From Nemertoderma westbladi (taxonomy: Eukaryota; Animalia; Xenacoelomorpha): a stretch of 64,000 nt of DNA. Where the stretch lies: positions 1-64,000 of the forward strand of contig JAUCBJ010000641.1 of the NCBI GenBank assembly GCA_032718475.1, in the 5' to 3' direction. The notes beneath the pieces are model-generated. The model was not told where the DNA came from and ran no database searches. It saw only the letters and a list, made by a program, of their open reading frames with translations. This document shows positions 56,001 to 64,000 of this stretch, piece after piece. The translations under genes were made by a program, and so were the position numbers. Position 1 is the stretch's first letter. Each line of letters begins with the position of its first letter.

Positions 56001-59000
56001 CTATTTGTTGTATACTCTGGTGTAAGTGACTCACCATTCTATATATATGTTGTATACTCTGGTGTAAGTGACTCACCATTCTATCTATATGTTGTATACT
56101 CTGGTGTAAGTGACTCACCATTCTATCTATTTGTTGTATTATCTGGTGTAAGAGACTCACCATTATATCTAAATGTTTTATACTCTGGTGTAAGTGACTC
56201 ACCATTCTATCTATTTGTTGTATACTCTGGTGTAAGTGACTCACCATTCTATCTATTTGTTGTATACTCTGGTGTAAGTGACTCACCATTCTATATGTTG
56301 TATACTCTGGTGTAAGTGACTCACCATTCTATCTATATGTTGTATACTCTGGTGTAAGTGACTCACCATTATATCTATATGTTGTATACTCTGGTGTAAG
56401 TGACTCACCATTCTATCTATTTGTTGTATACTCTGGTGTAAGTGATTCACCATTCTATCTATATGTTGTATACTCTGGTGTAAGTGACTCACCATTATAT
56501 CTATTTGTTGTATACTCTGGTGTAAGTGACTCACCATTCTATCTATATGTAGTATACTCTGGTGTAAGTGACTCACCATTATATCTATTTGTTGTATACT
56601 CTGGTGTAAGTGACGCACCATTCTATCTATATGTTGTATACTCTGGTGTAAGTGACTCACCATTCTATCCATATGCTGTATACTCTGGTGTAAGTGACTC
56701 ACCATTCTATCTATATGTTGTATACTCTGGTGTAAGTGACTCACCATTCTATCTATTTGTTGTATACTCTGGTGTAAGTGACTCACCATTCCATCTATAT
56801 GTTGTATACTCTGGTGTAAGTGACTCACCATTCTATCTATATGTAATATACTCTGGTGTAAGTGACTCACCATTCTATCTATGTTGTATACTCTGGTGTA
56901 AGTGACTCACCATTCTATCTATATGTTGTATACTCTGGTGTAAGTGACTCACCATTCTATCTAAATCTAAATGTTGTATACTCTGGTGTAAGTGACTCAC
57001 CATTCTATCTATGTTGTATACTCTGGTGTAAGTGACTCACCATTCTATCTATATGTTGTATACTCTGGTGTAAGTGAATCACCATTCTATCTATATGTTG
57101 TATACTCTGGTGTAAGTGACTCACCATTCTATCTATTTGTTGTATACTCTGGTGTAAGTGACTCACCATTCTATCTAAATCTAAATGTTGTATACTCTGG
57201 TGTAAGTGACTCACCATTCTATCTATGTTGTATACTCTGGTGTAAGTGACTCACCATTCTATCTATATGTTGTATACTCTGGTGTAAGTGACTCACCATT
57301 CTATCTATTTGTTGTATACTCTGGTGTAAGTGACTCACCATTCTATCTATTTGTTGTATACTCTGGTGTAAGTGACTCACCATTCTATCTATTTGTTGTA
57401 TACTCTGGTGTAAGTGACTCACCATTCTATATATATGTTGTATACTCTGGTGTAAGTGACTCACCATTCTATCTATATGTTGTATACTCTGGTGTAAGTG
57501 ACTCACCATTCTATCTATTTGTTGTATACTCTGGTGTAAGAGACTCACCATTATATCTAAATGTTTTATACTCTGGTGTAAGTGACTCACCATTCTATCT
57601 ATTTGTTGTATACTCTGGTGTAAGTGACTCACCATTCTATCTATTTGTTGTATACTCTGGTGTAAGTGACTCACCATTCTATATGTTGTATACTCTGGTG
57701 TAAGTGACTCACCATTCTATCTATATGTTGTATACTCTGGTGTAAGTGACTCACCATTATATCTATATGTTGTATACTCTGGTGTAAGTGACTCACCATT
57801 CTATCTATTTGTTGTATACTCTGGTGTAAGTGATTCACCATTCTATCTATATGTTGTATACTCTGGTGTAAGTGACTCACCATTATATCTATTTGTTGTA
57901 TACTCTGGTGTAAGTGACTCACCATTCTATCTATATGTAGTATACTCTGGTGTAAGTGACTCACCATTATATCTATTTGTTGTATACTCTGGTGTAAGTG
58001 ACGCACCATTCTATCTATATGTTGTATACTCTGGTGTAAGTGACTCACCATTCTATCCATATGCTGTATACTCTGGTGTAAGTGACTCACCATTCTATCT
58101 ATATGTTGTATACTCTGGTGTAAGTGACTCACCATTCTATCTATTTGTTGTATACTCTGGTGTAAGTGACTCACCATTCCATCTATATGTTGTATACTCT
58201 GGTGTAAGTGACTCACCATTCTATCTATATGTAATATACTCTGGTGTAAGTGACTCACCATTCTATCTATGTTGTATACTCTGGTGTAAGTGACTCACCA
58301 TTCTATCTATATGTTGTATACTCTGGTGTAAGTGACTCACCATTCTATCTAAATCTAAATGTTGTATACTCTGGTGTAAGTGACTCACCATTCTATCTAT
58401 GTTGTATACTCTGGTGTAAGTGACTCACCATTCTATCTATATGTTGTATACTCTGGTGTAAGTGAATCACCATTCTATCTATATGTTGTATACTCTGGTG
58501 TAAGTGACTCACCATTCTATCTATTTGTTGTATACTCTGGTGTAAGTGACTCACCATTCTATCTAAATCTAAATGTTGTATACTCTGGTGTAAGTGACTC
58601 ACCATTCTATCTATGTTGTATACTCTGGTGTAAGTGACTCACCATTCTATCTATATGTTGTATACTCTGGTGTAAGTGACTCACCATTATTTCTAAATGT
58701 TGTATACTCTGGTGTAAGTGACTCACCATTCTATCTATATGTTGTATACTCTGGTGTAAGTGACTCACCATTCTATCTATATGTTGTATACTCTGGTGTA
58801 AGTGACTCACCATTCTATCTATATGTTGTATACTCTGGTGTAAGTGACTCACCATTCTATCTATATGTTGTATACTCTGGTGTAAGTGACTCACCATTCT
58901 ATCTATATGTTGTATACTCTGGTGTAAGTGACTCACCATTCTATCTATATGTTGTATACTCTGGTGTAAGTGACTCACCATTCTATCTATATGTTGTATA

Positions 59001-62000
59001 CTCTGGTGTAAATGACTCACCATTCTATCTATATGTTGTATACTCTGGTGTAAGTGACTCACCATTCCATCTAAATGTTGTATACTCTGGTGTAAGTGAC
59101 TCACCATTCTATCTATATGTAATATACTCTGGTGTAAGTGACTCACCATTCTATCTATGTTGTATACTCTGGTGTAAGTGACTCACCATTCTATCTATAT
59201 GTTGTATACTCTGGTGTAAGTGACTCACCATTCTATCTATTTGTTGTATACTCTGGTGTAAGTGACTCACCATTCCATCTATATGTTGTATACTCTGGTG
59301 TAAGTGACTCACCATTCTATCTATATGTAATATACTCTGGTGTAAGTGACTCACCATTCTATCTATGTTGTATACTCTGGTGTAAGTGACTCACCATTCT
59401 ATCTAAATCTAAATGTTGTATACTCTGGTGTAAGTGACTCACCATTCTATCTATGTTGTATACTCTGGTGTAAGTGACTCACCATTCTATCTATATGTTG
59501 TATACTCTGGTGTAAGTGAATCACCATTCTATCTATATGTTGTATACTCTGGTGTAAGTGACTCACCATTCTATCTATTTGTTGTATACTCTGGTGTAAG
59601 TGACTCACCATTCTATCTAAATCTAAATGTTGTATACTCTGGTGTAAGTGACTCACCATTCTATCTATGTTGTATACTCTGGTGTAAGTGACTCACCATT
59701 CTATCTATATGTTGTATACTCTGGTGTAAGTGACTCACCATTATATCTAAATGTTGTATACTCTGGTGTAAGTGACTCACCATTCTATCTATATGTTGTA
59801 TACTCTGGTGTAAGTGACTCACCATTCTATCTATATGTTGTATACTCTGGTGTAAGTGACTCACCATTCTATCTATATGTTGTATACTCTGGTGTAAGTG
59901 ACTCACCATTCTATCTATATGTTGTATACTCTGGTGTAAGTGACTCACCATTCTATCTATATGTTGTATACTCTGGTGTAAGTGACTCACCATTCTATCT
60001 ATATGTTGTATACTCTGGTGTAAGTGACTCACCATTCTATCTATATGTTGTATACTCTGGTGTAAATGACTCACCATTCTATCTATATGTTGTATACTCT
60101 GGTGTAAGTGACTCACCATTCCATCTAAATGTTGTATACTCTGGTGTAAGTGACTCACCATTCTATCTATATGTAATATACTCTGGTGTAAGTGACTCAC
60201 CATTCTATCTATGTTGTATACTCTGGTGTAAGTGACTCACCATTCTATCTATATGTTGTATACTCTGGTGTAAGTGACTCACCATTCTATCTATTTGTTG
60301 TATACTCTGGTGTAAGTGACTCACCATTCCATCTATATGTTGTATACTCTGGTGTAAGTGACTCACCATTCTATCTATATGTAATATACTCTGGTGTAAG
60401 TGACTCACCATTCTATCTATGTTGTATACTCTGGTGTAAGTGACTCACCATTCTATCTATATGTTGTATACTCTGGTGTAAGTGACTCACCATTCTATCT
60501 ATATGTTGTATACTCTGGTGTAAGTGATTCACCATTCTATCTATATGTTGTATACTCTCGTGTAAGTGACTCACCATTCCATCTATATGTTGTATACTCT
60601 GGTGTAAGTGACTCACCATTCTATCTATATGTAATATACTCTGGTGTAAGTGACTCACCATTCTATCTATGTAATATACTCTGGTGTAAGTGACTCACCA
60701 TTCTATCTATATGTTGTATACTCTGGTGTAAGTGACTCACCATTCTATCTATATGTTGTATACTCTGGTGTAAGTGAATCACCATTCTATCTATATGTTG
60801 TATACTCTGGTGTAAGTGACTCACCATTCTATCTATATGTTGTATACTCTGGTGTAAGTGACTCACCAGTCTATCTATATGTTGTATACTCTGGTGTAAG
60901 TGACTCACCATTCCATCTATATGTTTTATACTCTGGTGTAAGTGACTCACCATTCTATCTATGTGTTGTATACTCTGGTGTAAGTGACTCACCATTCTAT
61001 CTATATGTTGTATACTCTGGTGTAAGTGACTCACCATTCTATCTATATGTTGTATACTCTGGTGTAAGTGACTCACCATTCCATCTATATGTTTTATACT
61101 CTGGTGTAAGTGACTCACCATTCTATCTATATGTTGTATACTCTGGTGTAAGTGACTCACCATTCTATCTATATGTTGTATACTCTGGTGTAAGTGACTC
61201 ACCATTCTATCTATATGTTGTATACTCTGGTGTAAGTGACTCACCATTCTACCTATGTTGTATACTCTGGTGTAAGTGACTCACCATTCTATCTATATGT
61301 TGTATACTCTGGTGTAAGTGACTCACCTTTCTATCTATATGTTGTATACTGATACTCTGGTGGAAGTGACTCGCCATTCCATCTATATGTTGTATACTCT
61401 GGTGTAAGTGACTCACCATTCCATCTATATGTTGTATACTCTGGTGTAAGTGACTCACCATTCCATCTATATGTTGTATACTCTGGTGTAAGTGACTCAC
61501 CATTCTATCTATATGTTGTATACTCTGGTGTAAGTGACTCACCATTCCATCTATATGTTGTATACTCTGGTGTAAGTGACTCACCATTCTATCTATATGT
61601 AATATACTCTGGTGTAAGTGACTCACCATTCTATCTATGTTGTATACTCTGGTGTAAGTGACTCACCATTCTATCTATATGTTGTATACTCTGGTGTAAG
61701 TGACTCACCATTCTTTCTAAATGTTGTATACTCTGGTGTAAGTGACTCACCATTCTATCTATGTTGTATACTCTGGTGTAAGTGACTCACCATTCTATCT
61801 ATATGTTGTATACTCTGGTGTAAGTGAATCACCATTCTATCTATATGTTGTATACTCTGGTGTAAGTTTCTCACCATTCTATCTATGTTGTATACTCTGG
61901 TGTAAGTGACTCACCATTCTATCTATATGTAGTATACTCTGGTGTAAGTGACTCACCATTCTATCTATATGTTGTATACTCTGGTGTAAGTGACTCACCA

Positions 62001-64000
62001 TTCTATCTATATGTTGTATACTCTGGTGTAAGTGACTCACCATTCTATCTATGTTGTATACTCTGGTGTAAGTGACTCACCATTATATCTATATGTTGTA
62101 TACTCTGGTGTAAGTGACTCACCATTATATCTATATGTTGTATACTCTGGTGTAAGTGACTCACCATTCTATCTATATGTTGTATTCTCTGGTGTAAGTG
62201 ACTCACCATTCTATCTATATGTTGTATTCTCTGGTGTAAGTGACTCACCATTCTATCTATTTGTTGTATACTCTGGTGTAAGTGACTCACCATTCTATCT
62301 AAATCTAATGTTGTATACTCTGGTGTAAGTGACTCACCATTCTATCTATGTTGTATACTCTGGTGTAAGTGACTCACCATTCTATCTATATGTTGTATAC
62401 TCTGGTGTAAGTGACTCACCATTATATCTAAATGTTGTATACTCTGGTGTAAGTGACTCACCATTCTATCTATATGTTGTATACTCTGGTGTAAGTGACT
62501 CACCATTCTATCTATATGTTGTATACTCTGGTGTAAGTGACTCACCATTCTATCTATATGTTGTATACTCTGGTGTAAGTGACTCACCATTCTATCTATA
62601 TGTTGTATACTCTGGTGTAAGTGACTCACCATTCTATCTATATGTTGTATACTCTGGTGTAAGTGACTCACCATTCTATCTATATGTTGTATACTCTGGT
62701 GTAAGTGACTCACCATTCTATCTATATGTTGTATACTCTGGTGTAAGTGACTCACCATTCTATCTATATGTTGTATACTCTGGTGTAAGTGACTCACCAT
62801 TCTATCTAAATGTTGTATACTCTGGTGTAAGTGACTCACCATTCTATCTATATGTTGTATACTCTGGTGTAAGTGACTCACCATTATATCTATATGTTGT
62901 ATACTCTGGTGTAAGTGACTCACCATTCTATCTATATGTTGTATACTCTGGTGTAAGTGACTCACCATTCTATCTATATGTTGTATACTCTGGTGTAAGT
63001 GACTCACCATTCTATCTATTTGTTGTATACTCTGGTGTAAGTGACTCACCATTCTATCTATTTGTTGTATACTCTGGTGTAAGTGACTCACCATTCTATC
63101 TATATGTTGTATACTCTGGTGTAAGTGACTCACCATTCTATCTATATGTTGTATACTCTGGTGTAAGTGACTCACCATTCTATCTATATGTTGTATACTC
63201 TGGTGTAAGTGACTCACCATTCTATCTATATGTTGTATACTCTGGTGTAAGTGACTCACCATTCTATCTATATGTTGTATACTCTGGTGTAAGTGACTCA
63301 CCATTCTATCTATATGTTGTATACTCTGGTGTAAGTGACTCACCATTCTATCTATATGTTGTATACTCTGGTGTAAGTGACTCACCATTCTATCTATATG
63401 TTGTATACTCTGGTGTAAGTGACTCACCATTCTATCTATATGTTGTATACTCTGGTGTAAGTGACTCACCATTCTATCTATATGTTGTATACTCTGGTGT
63501 AAGTGACTCACCATTCTATCTATATGTTGTATACTCTGGTGTAAGTGACTCACCATTCTATCTATATGTTGTATACTCTGGTGTAAGTGACTCACCATTC
63601 TATCTATATGTTGTATACTCTGGTGTAAGTGACTCACCATTCTATCTATATGTTGTATACTCTGGTGTAAGTGACTCACCATTCTATCTATATGTTGTAT
63701 ACTCTGGTGTAAGTGACTCACCATTCTATCTATATGTTGTATACTCTGGTGTAAGTGACTCACCATTCTATCTATATGTTGTATACTCTGGTGTAAGTGA
63801 CTCACCATTCTATCTATATGTTGTATACTCTGGTGTAAGTGACTCACCATTCTATCTATATGTTGTATACTCTGGTGTAAGTGACTCACCATTCTATCTA
63901 TATGTTGTATACTCTGGTGTAAGTGACTCACCATTCTATCTATATGTTGTATACTCTGGTGTAAGTGACTCACCATTCTATCTATATGTTGTATACTCTG
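44069..64000 (-). repeat. 42-bp satellite in the last MEMO1 intron, ~475 copies within the window, derived from an exon end plus splice donor
   Basis: Gene-sense unit is CAC CAG AGT ATA CAA CAT ATA GAT AGA ATG|GTGAGT CAC TTA. Variant units of 40 and 48 bp occur, and a block is duplicated at a 2678-bp offset. Runs off the window. Confidence 0.97.

Noticed and set aside
43916-63976. Dozens of repetitive ORFs (MVSHLHQSIQHIDR and MTHHSIYVVYSGVSDSP types) as independent genes
   Set aside because: They are translations of a 42-bp unit that is stop-free in some frames. Only the minus frame is informative, as a copy of the MEMO1 exon end.
6217-64000. CRISPR arrays (32-42 bp repeats)
   Set aside because: Units are head-to-tail with no unique spacers, there are no cas genes, and the context is eukaryotic.
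44069-64000. Each unit as a micro-intron (GTGAGTCACTTACACCAG) plus 24-nt exon
   Set aside because: The GT..AG segment is only 18 nt with no pyrimidine tract, far below normal metazoan intron size; cannot be supported without RNA data.

Overview
AT-rich eukaryotic (animal-like) genomic DNA, about 80% tandem repeat. Left to right: a disrupted RTE/RTEX-like LINE (minus strand); two non-autonomous DNA elements; an intact intronless RPL12 gene with a TCT/TOP start; 21-bp and 32-bp tandem arrays; a ~29.5-kb interval of 37-bp satellite; the last coding exon of MEMO1; and a 42-bp satellite of at least 20 kb that runs off the window. Two satellites can be traced to local sequence. (1) The 42-bp unit reads as the last 30 nt of the upstream MEMO1 coding exon (HQSIQH[I/L]DRM) plus its GTGAGT splice donor, amplified about 475 times in frame. 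It is therefore an array of tandem 5' splice sites inside a conserved gene. (2) The 37-bp unit is a piece of a dead LINE ORF2, whose reading frame is restored when the array is collapsed to one unit. An intact 4.2-kb Kolobok-type transposon (TTAA TSD, two-exon 646-aa DDE transposase, near-consensus CTCF motif) sits inside the 37-bp array. All homology calls come from motif recognition, not database searches.
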